Shown one piece after another: positions 20,006-31,000 of a stretch of 64,000 bases of DNA. The stretch's first letter is position 1; each line of letters starts with the position of its first letter. The notes under the pieces are model-generated. The model did not search any database. It was not told the origin of the DNA and saw only the letters and a list, made by a program, of their open reading frames with translations. This stretch comes from Aureliella sp. (GTDB taxonomy: Bacteria; Planctomycetota; Planctomycetia; Pirellulales; Pirellulaceae): positions 737,465-801,464 of the forward strand of contig OY829846.1 of NCBI GenBank assembly GCA_963691875.1. The letters run 5' to 3'. A program made the translations under genes and the position numbers.

Positions 20006-20965
20006 ATGGAACCCAAGACGCGTGATGAAGACAAGCCCGCCGCACAAACGACGAATCACAAGAGCTACGGGCGCAAGTGGACCACGAAGGCGCTAATTAT
20101 CGCACGCCGAGTGCACCTTTACGCAGGCCTCTTCCTTCTGCCTTGGGTCTTTCTCTATGGCATTACCGGTGCGATGTTTAACCACCAAGAGCTCTTTGGC
20201 GATGTCACAGCCTACGATGTTCCGCGACGGCCTATCGAAGAAAGCATGCAGAACTTTCCTGAGGAAGAAACTCTTGCAAGAGCAGTTGTCGCGGCAATGC
20301 GTGAGAAGGTCCCCGATTCGAAGATAGAACTTGCGAAACGCCATGAAGCTGCATTCAACAACTCATTTATTTTCCAAGTGCAACACGAGGGCAAACAGCA
20401 CAATGTATTCATTGACCCGGTCCAAAAGAATGCTCGCATTCGAGTCATGCCAGAAAACTCAGAGAGGGCCGAAGTACTTCTACCGGACCTCAAGACTGTA
20501 AAACTGCCGCAGAATCCCTATCAGCTCGCCCGAGAATCCGCAAGCATTGCGATGCGTGCCGCAGGATTTGAAACCCAAGCGACTGCGAGCCCCCTTGGCT
20601 GGTGCAAACTAAATTTCCTCGCCGAAGTCGACGGCAAGCCGGCTCGAATTACTTATGTTCTTCGGGATGGGCATGTCGACACAGTCGGGTACTCAGGCGA
20701 AGACGGCATGTCGCCGCGTTCTTTCTTTATGCAGCTGCATGTCTCGCACGGCCAGCCCCCTTATTGGAACGCTCGCATGTGGTGGTCGCTGATACTTGAC
20801 ACCATGGCGATCGCTATGGTCACCTGGGGGGTCACCGGGCTCGTCATGTGGTGGCAACTCAAACGCACGCGTCTATTCGGAGCATTTGTTCTACTCGTTA
20901 GTATGGCAACAGCAGCTTGGCTCTATTTTGGGATGATGCATTTCTACGCCACAACACGTCTATAG
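20006..20965 (+). CDS. PepSY-associated TM domain protein
   Basis: RRVHLYAGLFLLPW...ITG N-terminal TM, LH.SHG, GVTGLVMWW. Confidence 0.8.
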   Translation: MEPKTRDEDKPAAQTTNHKSYGRKWTTKALIIARRVHLYAGLFLLPWVFLYGITGAMFNHQELFGDVTAYDVPRRPIEESMQNFPEEETLARAVVAAMREKVPDSKIELAKRHEAAFNNSFIFQVQHEGKQHNVFIDPVQKNARIRVMPENSERAEVLLPDLKTVKLPQNPYQLARESASIAMRAAGFETQATASPLGWCKLNFLAEVDGKPARITYVLRDGHVDTVGYSGEDGMSPRSFFMQLHVSHGQPPYWNARMWWSLILDTMAIAMVTWGVTGLVMWWQLKRTRLFGAFVLLVSMATAAWLYFGMMHFYATTRL

Positions 20966-21086
20966 GCTCTGAAGGGTTCGTACCTGTTACGAGAGTCCGC
21001 TCAACTCCGCGATCTAGCATCAGGAATTGTCCGATTTACAAGTCCAGGGGCGCAAGGGATTCTGGTGAATCCCATTACAAATTGGC

Positions 21087-21647
21087 CTACCAGATCATGG
21101 GAGAAAAATTTTCGGGCCCATCAGCAAATTCGGACGGTTGACCGAAGAACTCGTTAACCATATCGCCGAGTCGGTCTCGGGTCTTCTTGCTCATGAGATT
21201 CTGCATCTCACGCGAAGCATCTTCTGAGATCATGATCGGCAATAGATCAATTGACATCAGCCCGCCGCGGCAGATCGCTGCAATCTGGAAATTCCGGCAC
21301 TGCTCCTTAGGAGTCTTCAGAAGAATGCAGCGATCGAGCCATTTCTCGATCTCATCGCCTCCCCACTTCTTTGTGTTTTCAAAACGCATTTCGAAGTCAA
21401 AGCGTTCCTCCATAAAAGCTGAGATCCGTTGAGAAGATTCCTTGGAGAGATCTTCCGATATCTTGTTACGACAATCCATGCAGATTGCCATCTCCAGCAC
21501 TGGCTCGGTACCACGAAAGACGCGTTCAATCCCATACATGCAGTTGTCGGCCATTAGATCGCGATTGCAATCTATGCAGTTTCTAAATGGGCCTTCGTGA
21601 TATAACGAATGAAACTGTGAAGGAATGGGAACCCAGCGTTCTGACAA
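21087..21647 (-). CDS. Hypothetical Cys-containing protein, possible Zn-binding
   Basis: Clean 186-aa ORF with CIDC and CMDC motifs. Confidence 0.8.
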   Translation of the reverse strand: MSERWVPIPSQFHSLYHEGPFRNCIDCNRDLMADNCMYGIERVFRGTEPVLEMAICMDCRNKISEDLSKESSQRISAFMEERFDFEMRFENTKKWGGDEIEKWLDRCILLKTPKEQCRNFQIAAICRGGLMSIDLLPIMISEDASREMQNLMSKKTRDRLGDMVNEFFGQPSEFADGPENFSPMIW

Positions 21648-21727
21648 AACTAAAACTCCGACTGCGATGGCACTCTAGCTGAACTAACCTACGGCTGAAG
21701 GGGCGACACCTATTTAGCCTTGTTGCT

Positions 21728-22684
21728 TTACCGCCCTACCGTCAACTGAAACTTCTTCCGAGTCTCTTCCGTGTTGTATCTCCCGGGTTGCTGCTCATCT
21801 TGGCCTTTTTCGAGCGATTCCAAGGATGGTCCAGACACAGCGAGTCCGGTGGCGGGCACACCGCCCTTGGCGGACCAGACAATCGCGTTGGAAACGAGCC
21901 GAAGAATATTTTGTCGCCCCCAGTTCCAATGATAGTGCCCACCGGTGAAACCGAACGATCTGCCACCATTCTCTCTTTCGTAAGCCCACGCGGTATGCTG
22001 AGGCTCACCATTGGCAACTGCTTTACGCACAGCAGGATTGCCGCTGTGCGCGCCGTCTTTCCGACTCATCGTTTGCTCTGGAGCGATCGCTGATAAAATT
22101 GGCGTGACGCCCTTCATTTCAGGCTGAAAACGCATGTGGAAGTACCATTCATCATTTGCGGCAAAGGGTTTGACTCCCTGGGTGATCGGATGCTTAGGCA
22201 ACGACTTGTATTCAGCCGTCCAATGAGGATTTACCGACCAATTGATTTCGAAGTAACCGCCCAGCCAGCGAAGAAACTCTTTTCCGCCATCATCTGGTGG
22301 AACCTCAACACCGTAGTGCAAGCAAACAAAACCTGAGCCTCGCTTCATATGCTTGTCCAAGACATTAAGATGCTGCAAAGCCGGATGACGTTTCCCACCA
22401 TCACAGTACATTACAATCGTGTCCGCATCATCGAGAACGCTGGCATCCTCTGGCCAGCCGCCCGAGTAGACTTCACAAACCACGTTTTCAGTGGAATTCT
22501 CGATGGCCTCTGCCAAAACCCGACAGCCAGCCAAATGCTCATGCGATCCGTAGCCGTGACTTGGGCGGCCGGCCAGAAAGACGACCTTCAAAGATTCGTC
22601 CGCCATCAGCGACGGAGCAAGGAAAAATGCGAACAGGAAAAACAGGATCAGACCGGAATGGATAGGCAGTTTTTTTCTAGTCAC
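21728..22684 (-). CDS. Secreted ThuA-like (class I GATase-like) domain protein
   Basis: Signal peptide; LAGRPSHGYGSHEH, DEWYF, AWAYER..GGRSFGFTGGH.HWNW. Confidence 0.85.
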   Translation of the reverse strand: MTRKKLPIHSGLILFFLFAFFLAPSLMADESLKVVFLAGRPSHGYGSHEHLAGCRVLAEAIENSTENVVCEVYSGGWPEDASVLDDADTIVMYCDGGKRHPALQHLNVLDKHMKRGSGFVCLHYGVEVPPDDGGKEFLRWLGGYFEINWSVNPHWTAEYKSLPKHPITQGVKPFAANDEWYFHMRFQPEMKGVTPILSAIAPEQTMSRKDGAHSGNPAVRKAVANGEPQHTAWAYERENGGRSFGFTGGHYHWNWGRQNILRLVSNAIVWSAKGGVPATGLAVSGPSLESLEKGQDEQQPGRYNTEETRKKFQLTVGR

Positions 22685-22838
22685 CTTGCGTCCTTTAAGG
22701 AATTCGAGTGGGATGGATGGGGGCAGCGTGAAGGCAATGCAACTGGAACCTTCGAAACCCTATTGTAGCAGCTGCTGGATTCCTGGCGGATTGAGCATTC
22801 GCAGCTTCGCTCGTACCAAACGAATCTCTCGTATTCAA

Positions 22839-23585
22839 ATGACAATTCCGCTCGAACTGCTGCTCAACGAAAAATCGCATTGCGTAGTGAACAAGCCTGC
22901 AGATCTGTTTACACAAGCCGCTCCTGGCATTCCGAATCTGCAGAACCAGTTGGAGGACCAGCTTCTTGGTCAGTATTTCGGCGACAAGTCGGCTGCTCGG
23001 CCCTTTATTGGACTTCCACACCGTCTCGACAAGGGAACTTCTGGGGCCGTGTTAATCGCGCGCAACCAACGAGCGCTCAAGCGTTTTGGACTTCAGTTTC
23101 AAACACGCAAAATCCAGAAGTACTATCTGGCTGTTGTCCAAGGAGATGCCCGAAACTCACAGGGACGGTGGAAGGATACCGTTCGAAAGATTCCAGACGA
23201 GGCCAAGGCCGAAATACTGTCTGATTCAGCTGCCGGCAAGGAAGCTTCGCTCGACGCAAAGTGCATTATCGCAACGCGGGAACTGAGCCTCCTGCTTATC
23301 CAGCTTCATACGGGGCGAATGCATCAAATCCGCATACAGGCTGCCAGTCGTGGTCTCCCAGTCCTCGGCGACCAACTTTACGGTGGTAAGGCATCAAAGT
23401 TCGTCGCCCTACACGCCGCGCGGATTGACTTCTTTCATCCAACTCATGGCAGACAACAAAACGCAACGGCAAAAGTGCCGCCCGCCTGGGACAGCCTGCC
23501 CCAGATGTTGCAAGAGCCATTATCTGATCTGCAGCAAGCACTTGCTACGAGCAAATCAGTTGAGATCACTGCCAAGCAAACATAG
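22839..23585 (+). CDS. RluA-family pseudouridine synthase
   Basis: VVNKPA, HRLDKGTSG (catalytic Asp), TGRMHQIR, LHA. Start trimmed to ATG 22839 to avoid the ThuA gene leader. Confidence 0.9.
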   Translation: MTIPLELLLNEKSHCVVNKPADLFTQAAPGIPNLQNQLEDQLLGQYFGDKSAARPFIGLPHRLDKGTSGAVLIARNQRALKRFGLQFQTRKIQKYYLAVVQGDARNSQGRWKDTVRKIPDEAKAEILSDSAAGKEASLDAKCIIATRELSLLLIQLHTGRMHQIRIQAASRGLPVLGDQLYGGKASKFVALHAARIDFFHPTHGRQQNATAKVPPAWDSLPQMLQEPLSDLQQALATSKSVEITAKQT

Positions 23586-24008
23586 GGAGAAACAAAAAGC
23601 CCAAGTTGCCCTCTGCCCTTTCCACCAGCCAAGCTTGCCCTCGCCGATGCATCTCCTCTTCAGCGACCTCTCCTAAACAGGTGGTATTAGCCCATTGGTA
23701 ACCAAAAGGAACTTGCATACGACCGTGACGATCGCCCCTAAACTGGGTTATTTCCTGCGTTAAAGAACAATCCAAGCAGACTGACTGAAGCAACCAAGAA
23801 AATCCGCACCAATGTTGCAAGAATCGGGCGCTAGCGGCAACCCACAACCAACAGGGGGTGATAACTGCGCAAGCACGCGTACCAGTTGCACAGAGCCATT
23901 TTGCGGTTCTCATATTTGGTTGTGCTAAGCCCCCTCAAATCCCAACGGACTTGGCTCTAAAATAGAGTTCTGAGTATAGCTTTTTTACCTGGAGTTCTTG
24001 ATAGTCCT

Positions 24009-24998
24009 ATGTCGTCAGCACCTCAACTTGACGAGCAGATTCAGGAGCAGGCACAGACTTGCCAGAATTTGCGTGATGAAATTGGCCGCGTACTTGTCGG
24101 GCAGGAACACATGGTTTCTCGCCTGCTAATCGGTTTGCTGACTGGTGGTCACATCCTGCTCGAGGGCCTGCCTGGACTGGCCAAAACCTTGACGATCCGC
24201 AGCTTGGCAGAAGCTATCGACACTGGTTTTTCACGCATTCAGTTCACGCCAGACATGTTGCCCGCAGACGTGATCGGGACCGAAATCTTCAATCCGAAGG
24301 ACGCCAGCTATTTCGTGCGGAAGGGGCCGGTGTTTTCCAATCTGGTTCTCGCTGACGAAATCAATCGTGCCCCTGCCAAAGTCCAAGCAGCACTGCTCGA
24401 AGCGATGCAGGAACGCCAAGGCACGATTGGCAGTGAGACATTCAAACTCGACGAGCCTTTCCTTGTGCTCGCCACTCAAAACCCAATTGAGCAAGAGGGT
24501 ACCTACCCGCTACCAGAGGCCCAGGTCGACAGGTTCATGCTGAAAGTCGTCGTGGATTATCCAACAAAGGAAGAGGAACGGAAGGTTGTCGACCGGATGG
24601 CCAGCGGTCAGCCCATTCCTGAGATGCGAAAGGTTGCTTCTCCTGAGGACATCATGAGTGCCCGAGCCACTGTCGAGAGAATCTGGATAGACGAGAAAGT
24701 CCGTGACTACCTAGTCGACGTCGCCAGGGCAACCCGGAACCCTTCCGAGTACGGTATCTCAGAACTGGAAGACATGATCGAAACTGGAGCCAGCCCGCGA
24801 GCGTCGATCAGTTTGATGCGAGGAGCAAAAGCTCATGCGTTCTTACAAAGTCGCAGCTACGTGACACCCCACGATGTAAAAAGCGTCGCCACCGAGATAC
24901 TTCGCCACCGCATCATTCTGACATACGAGGCGGAAGCGGAAGGAAAGACGAACGATGACATTATCCGCAAGATACTGGACAACGTTCCGGTACCTTAA
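24009..24998 (+). CDS. moxR: MoxR-family AAA+ ATPase
   Basis: GLPGLAKT, RIQFTPDMLPAD, LADEINRAPAKVQAALLEAM, ATQNPIEQEGTYPLPEAQ.DRF. Confidence 0.97.
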   Translation: MSSAPQLDEQIQEQAQTCQNLRDEIGRVLVGQEHMVSRLLIGLLTGGHILLEGLPGLAKTLTIRSLAEAIDTGFSRIQFTPDMLPADVIGTEIFNPKDASYFVRKGPVFSNLVLADEINRAPAKVQAALLEAMQERQGTIGSETFKLDEPFLVLATQNPIEQEGTYPLPEAQVDRFMLKVVVDYPTKEEERKVVDRMASGQPIPEMRKVASPEDIMSARATVERIWIDEKVRDYLVDVARATRNPSEYGISELEDMIETGASPRASISLMRGAKAHAFLQSRSYVTPHDVKSVATEILRHRIILTYEAEAEGKTNDDIIRKILDNVPVP

Positions 24999-25017
24999 CC
25001 TGCGGAGGATTGCTGAC

Positions 25018-25974
25018 ATGCTGGCAAAGGAAGTTATCAAGCGCGTTCGCGAGATCCAAGTGCGAACCGGCCGTCACGTTGCGGACGTCCTAGCTGGACA
25101 ATACTCGTCAGTCTTCAAAGGTCGCGGGATCGAGTTCGACGAGGTTCGTCCTTACGTTCCAGGCGATGAAGTGCGAAGTATCGACTGGAACGTCACAGCA
25201 CGCACCGGCGCCCCTTACGTAAAGCGTTACGTCGAAGAACGACAGCTGACGGTAATGCTTATGGCAGACGTTTCTGCATCTCAAGATTTCGGTTCAGGCT
25301 CACGCTCGAAACGCGAAGTAGCAGCGGAGCTCTGCGCATTACTAAGCTTCTCCGCCACCTTCAACGATGACAAAGTCGGGCTAACACTCTTCCATGGACA
25401 GATTGAGCAGTATATTCCTGCAAGAAAAGGTCAGAAGCATGCATTGCGTGTCGTGCGAGAAGTGCTAACACATGGAGACCGGCTTGAGCAGCAACATCGC
25501 CCGGTACGAATGCGATGGCTCCCATTCGGGCGGCATAGAAGTTGGTGGCGCAAAGGTAGGCAATCAACTGACATAGCTGGAGCGATCGAGTTTCTCCTCT
25601 CAGTCAGCAAGCGGAAAACAGTCTGTTTTGTAGTAAGCGACTTCTTCGACGAAAACTACATCAAGTCACTGCAGATGGCTTCGCGCAAACATGACGTCAT
25701 CGCAGTACTGATCAGCGATCCGCGTGAACTCGAACTTCCAAATGTGGGCATGGTTTCGATGCAAGATGCGGAAACCGGTCAGTTGGTCCAACGTGACACT
25801 GGCTCCGCCGCTTTTCGAACTGCCTTCCGCAATCAGGCCGAGCAGCGTATCCAAGATCTGGAACAAGAGTTTCGGAAAGTTAAGATAGACTTCATCCACA
25901 TCGATGCCTCTCAGTCGGTTGTTGATCCTATCGCCAAATTCTTCCGAATGCGCGAAACCAGGAGGAATCGATGA
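25018..25974 (+). CDS. DUF58 domain protein (MoxR operon)
   Basis: G.Y.S.FKGRGIEFDEVR.Y.PGD.VRSIDWNVTAR; ADVSAS; SDF. Confidence 0.92.
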   Translation: MLAKEVIKRVREIQVRTGRHVADVLAGQYSSVFKGRGIEFDEVRPYVPGDEVRSIDWNVTARTGAPYVKRYVEERQLTVMLMADVSASQDFGSGSRSKREVAAELCALLSFSATFNDDKVGLTLFHGQIEQYIPARKGQKHALRVVREVLTHGDRLEQQHRPVRMRWLPFGRHRSWWRKGRQSTDIAGAIEFLLSVSKRKTVCFVVSDFFDENYIKSLQMASRKHDVIAVLISDPRELELPNVGMVSMQDAETGQLVQRDTGSAAFRTAFRNQAEQRIQDLEQEFRKVKIDFIHIDASQSVVDPIAKFFRMRETRRNR

Positions 25975-27029
25975 GTTCGCGAATCGGCCTATTTGGTAGC
26001 AAGCTCTACATGCTTGCTATTCTGAATCTCCTCATTGCAGCACCAGCTTCTGCAGAAGAATACACCGACGAGAAGTCGCTAGGACCGGTTAAGGTGCTTA
26101 CCACACTCTCGCCGAGTGATCCACGGCTCGGTGACGAACTTTCTTTAACAATCGATGTCACCGCTGAAGAAGACGTCGAAGTGTTGATGCCAGAGTTTGC
26201 GGATGTGGTCAGTGGATTTCCCATCTCGCAATACCTGCCAAAACAAACCGTTACGCCCGCGGGCAAATCGAGATTTACCGTTCGCTACGTCTTTCAAGTG
26301 GAGTTCTCGGGAAAACAAGTCATTCAGCCGATCGCTATTGAATTTATCGACAACCGCGACGGGAAGCAGGCTGCTCCTGAAGACTACGACGCTTACGAGT
26401 TGCTCACCGAAAGAATCGAATTCAGCGTCACCTCGGTGCTCGTGACCAGTGTTGACGAAGAGCTGAATCCGCCGCTGCCTGAATTGGATCTTCCCGCCGA
26501 ATCAATTGCTAAGTCGAGCTACTTAGTGCTTGGTTTCGTTATTGCTGCTGGAATGCTTGCAGCAACGGGATTCTTGCTCTGGGTACGAAATAGAAATGAC
26601 ATCCGCAAAGCAAACGCTTACGAATTGGCCAAACGTCAATTGGATAGCATAGTCGCAGCAGGATCTCGAATCTCCGTTGATGAGTTTTATGTTGAAACGT
26701 CTGCCGTGATCAGACGGTACCTGGAGATTCGTTTTGAACTCGCGGCCCCGGAGTTGACGACAGACGAGTTCCTTCAAATTGCACCCAGCGAAAGTGAACT
26801 GTCGAAGGAGCACCAAGTTCTCTTAAGTGAGTTTTTATCTCAAGCTGACCTCGTCAAATTCTCTGGCAAGGATGCCTCAGAAGGTGAAATGCGATGCTCG
26901 ACAGAGTTAGCTTACAAGTTCCTCGAGGAGACTCGAGCGGAAGCACCTGAAGTTGTTTTGGAAAATTCGGAGGCATTCCACGACCACAATGCGAAACCCT
27001 CGATTACCCAGGAGTCTTCGCATGTTTGA
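25971..27029 (+). CDS. Membrane-anchored Bat-operon protein (BatD-like N-terminus, TM, helical C-terminus)
   Basis: Signal peptide, beta-rich region, TM, then RRYLE.RF...APELTT.EFL and ADLVKF; overlaps both neighbours. Confidence 0.75.
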   Translation: MSSRIGLFGSKLYMLAILNLLIAAPASAEEYTDEKSLGPVKVLTTLSPSDPRLGDELSLTIDVTAEEDVEVLMPEFADVVSGFPISQYLPKQTVTPAGKSRFTVRYVFQVEFSGKQVIQPIAIEFIDNRDGKQAAPEDYDAYELLTERIEFSVTSVLVTSVDEELNPPLPELDLPAESIAKSSYLVLGFVIAAGMLAATGFLLWVRNRNDIRKANAYELAKRQLDSIVAAGSRISVDEFYVETSAVIRRYLEIRFELAAPELTTDEFLQIAPSESELSKEHQVLLSEFLSQADLVKFSGKDASEGEMRCSTELAYKFLEETRAEAPEVVLENSEAFHDHNAKPSITQESSHV

Positions 27030-28053
27030 TCTCGGCTTTGAATTTCGGGACCCTTGGTTTCTTCTTCTAGCTCCACTTGCTGTACTAGTGACGTGGGTCA
27101 TGACGAGATCTGGATCTTCGCTACTGTTCTCCTCTACAACGGGTATCGCTTCGGCCCCGGTTTCAACGAGGCAGCGACTCGCGTTGTTACCACCAGCGTT
27201 GATGGGCCTTGGTATCGTTGCCCTCATCGTCGCACTCGCCCGCCCGAGGACTCCCGAACGCGAAACACAAGTCAGTCGTGAGGGAATCGCTATCATGATG
27301 GTGGTCGACCTTTCCTCTTCGATGAACGCGCGTGACCTCACCGAGGACGTTGGACTGAATCGCCTCGACGTCGTGAAAGATGTCTTCACGGATTTTGTAC
27401 TTGGGAGTGACGACAACAAAATGGGCGGACGTCGCGATGATCTGGTCGGGCTTGTTACCTTCGCAGGCTACGCAGACAGTGTCTGTCCACTCACCTTGGA
27501 TCACGGCAACTTGGCCAACATTGTAAAAGACCTCAAGATTGTCGAAGTTCAGGAAGAAGACGGTACGGCGGTAGGCGACGGACTAGGGCTGGCCGTAGAA
27601 CGACTTCGCAGAAGTAAGGCCAAGTCACGCGTCGCAATCTTGCTGACAGACGGTGTCAACAATGCCGGGGTGATACAACCCACCAAAGCGGCTGAGTTGG
27701 CAAAAGAATACGATATCAAAGTCTATTGCATTGGTGCTGGTACTAACGGAACGGCTCCGGTTCCATCCCGCGACATGTTCGGTCGTTTAACTCTAGTGGG
27801 AATGCCGGTGCAAATCGACGAAGAAACGCTTGAAAAAATCTCCGACATGACGGGAGGCAAGTACTTCCGCGCCACGGACCGCGAAAAGCTTGGAGAGATC
27901 TATTCGGCGATCAACGAACTGGAGCGCACGGAGGTGTCAGAAATTCGCTATTTGAGGTATCACGAACATTTTGCATACTTCCTCAGCAGCGCTTTGGGCT
28001 TGCTCGTTGTAGCCGCTCTGTTGTCCAGTTCACTATTTCGGAAGCTGCCATAA
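27022..28053 (+). CDS. batA: BatA-like vWA domain membrane protein
   Basis: F..PWFLLL, LARP, MIDAS DLSSSM, GTA.GDGL, LLTDG.NN.G, C-terminal TM. Confidence 0.88.
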   Translation: MFDLGFEFRDPWFLLLAPLAVLVTWVMTRSGSSLLFSSTTGIASAPVSTRQRLALLPPALMGLGIVALIVALARPRTPERETQVSREGIAIMMVVDLSSSMNARDLTEDVGLNRLDVVKDVFTDFVLGSDDNKMGGRRDDLVGLVTFAGYADSVCPLTLDHGNLANIVKDLKIVEVQEEDGTAVGDGLGLAVERLRRSKAKSRVAILLTDGVNNAGVIQPTKAAELAKEYDIKVYCIGAGTNGTAPVPSRDMFGRLTLVGMPVQIDEETLEKISDMTGGKYFRATDREKLGEIYSAINELERTEVSEIRYLRYHEHFAYFLSSALGLLVVAALLSSSLFRKLP

Positions 28054-28076
28054 TCGTGGTAAGGAGGCGAGTTTAG

Positions 28077-31000
28077 ATGGACGAATTTCGATTCGCCGAA
28101 CTGAGCTGGGTGCACGCTATGTGGATAGTGATGCTAGTTGCGATTGTTCTTATTGGTCTCGAGCTGCGCGGACGCAGCATCCTCGATCGACTAGTCTCCA
28201 CTTTGATGCAAAATCGGCTAGTGAGCCGAATCTCCCTTTCGCGGCGACTCTGTTCCATAGCGATATTTTGTCTCGGCTTGGTTGCAGTAGTCTTCGGTTT
28301 GATGAGACCACAATGGGGCATGACCGTGCAGAAAATGGCGCGAGTTGATTCGCAGATTATGATCTGTTTAGACTTGAGCAAATCCATGCTCGCCGAGGAT
28401 GTTGTGCCTTCGCGATTGGAAAGATCCAAGGCCGAAATAGATTCCCTGCTTGCGCTACTAGACGAAGGGCAACAAGTGGGACTCATCGGTTTCGCTGGCA
28501 AGGCAACAGTGCTGTGTCCCATGACCACAGATTTCGGTTTTCTCAGGTTGATCCTGAGGGAGGCCTCCCCTTCCATCGTAGGTATGGGTGGGACAAGAAT
28601 TGGAGAAGCGCTTCAGAAAGCAGCAGATGGTTTTCGAGAGACAGGAGATGTCAATCGGCTGATTCTGCTGATCACCGATGGAGAGGACCACGATTCATTT
28701 CCCCTAGATGCTGCCGAAAAGGCGAAGGAGAAAGGGTCTCGAGTCGTCTGCGTAGGGTTTGGCGACGAAATTGGCAGTAAGATCGAAGTCACTGATCCGC
28801 AGACTGGTGTACGTCGTTTCGTCAAAGATTCAGAAGGCAATGCAGTGTTAAGTGCGTTGGATGGGGAGACATTGCGAGATATTGCCTTGAAAACCGAAGG
28901 AGCCTATGTCCCTGCAGGAACTCGTGCGCTGGATCTTCAATCGATCTATGACACGCATATCAAGACTCTGCTGAAGGGCTCCGACACCAAGGAAGATCGC
29001 GTGATCAGAAATGAAGGCTTCCAGTGGTGCATCCTTGTGGCCCTTCCTCTCATTGTTGTTTCCTTTCTAATGCGCATTCAAGTCAACTCACCCGTTGCAT
29101 CGCGACGATTCACACAGGCCGCCGCACCTCTTGTCGCGTTCCTGTTTATAGTTATCTCGCCTGTTCGACCCTCTCAAGCAGCAACATTGCTGGTGCAGAC
29201 TTCAGCCGCGATAGAGGAACCCGGGGAGCGAAATACCAAAGCAGACAAAACAGATGAATCCGCTGCGTTCGACGACAAAACGGAAGAGTCTGACACCGCG
29301 GAAGCGGATGAGGATCCTCCGCAGCTCCGGGAGCTCGATCAACCTCCGCGAACGCTTTACAACATGGGAATCCGGCTGATTTCGGCAAATCCGGATCGTG
29401 CCGAGAAGCTCTTGACAGAGGCGAGGAACAAAGCTGGAGTGGACGGCGAGTTGCGATACCGCTCGTTGTTCAATCTATCATGGGTGGAACTGGAAAGATC
29501 AGAAAAGAAGCTCGAAAGTGAGTCCGAGAAGGCACTTCAGCATCTAGAGTACGCCGCGGGTTACCTGCGCGATGCAATTCGCATTCGTCCCGATGCGGAC
29601 GAAGCGCGGAAAAACCTCGAACTCGTAATGCAGAAGATTCTCGCTCTGCGCGACAAGCTCGCCAAAAAGAACGAAGAGACTTACGAGTCGCGTCTGGACG
29701 ATTTAATTCAAGCACAGCGGGAGCATCAGGCTGAGTTGCAGCAGCTGACCATCATCGCAGACTCTCTGGACAACGTCTCCAAGATGCGTGATGCCTTCCG
29801 AAAAGTTGGCGTGACACAGCGTCGCGTCATCTCAAACATGCAGGTCTTGCATACCGACGCACTACGAGAGTTGGAATCCTTGCGGCAGGAGACAGCCCAG
29901 GCCGCTAACTCCCGCGGACCCAGTAGCACCGCAAGCAAACCAGTCGCACCTGGTGAGAATCAAATCGACCCGCGATTGCGCATGGCACAACTGGAGCAAG
30001 TTAGCTTCTATCTTGATCAAGCGTTGCAGTCCATCGCACGCTCGCGAAGTTTCACGCGCCGCTCACAAGCCGACCGAGCTTTCCTTCGGTGGTCCGCGGC
30101 ACTCACCCAAACAAAACGTGCACGCGATCAACTTAGAAATCCTGTTGAGCTTCTGCAGCGACTAGCAGGTGAGGGAGTCCAGATAGGTCAAGGAATCAAG
30201 CAAGTCCAGTTTTCCGCTTCCAAAGGTGAACCAGCACAATCAACCACACCAGCTTGGCTCACGGACGACTACTTACAGGACGAACAGTCGCAAATGATTC
30301 AGCGATGCGACGAACTTCGAATGATCTTTGAGGGCACGGTTGAGAACTCCGAATCGCAAGCCGGCTCCGAGACGGGCGACAATGGGCAGCAGAAAACGAT
30401 GCTCGAGAACATCAAGCTCGCAATTCCCGAATTGAATAAAGCAACGTCCCTTCACAAAGATGTTTTGCAAGAGCTCCGTTCCAAGCGCTATTCGAAGGCT
30501 CTAGAGGATAACGGCGACGCAGGACTCGCGATGCTGCGTGCCGCAGAATTCTTCTCCAATCTGCAGCAAATGATCGAGACAAGCTATTCCGTCGAATCCC
30601 AAATCGCTGCAATGGAAAAAGCAGCCAGAAGTCAGATCGCCGAGGAAAACTGGGACGCGACCTTAGAATTATTTGCAGGGTTGCAAGAGCAAAACCAAAT
30701 CAGACGCAAGCGACTCGTCGTTCTTTTGCAGCAAGAGAAAGAACGAGTCGAATCACAGAACTCGGAATCCCAGCCCCAAAATCCAGCTGCTCCCCCAACG
30801 AGCGGTGCACAAGATGCCGAAGCTCAGAAGCAGCAGCTCAAGCGGATCGAAATCGCTCTGCAGATCGTGGACGCTCTCGAAGCGGATATGGCCGCGGTCA
30901 CTACCGGAATCAAGGGAATGCAAGCGGCAGACAGATCGTCAAATGAGCGCCCCCCTTCGCCAGAAACTACCTTTCAGTCAGCAGAGTCTGTTTTATGGCG

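Noticed and set aside
22686-22838. N-terminal extension of RluA and similar upstream extensions in the ORF track
   Set aside because: Longest-ORF artefacts; downstream ATGs fit domain starts and operon spacing better.
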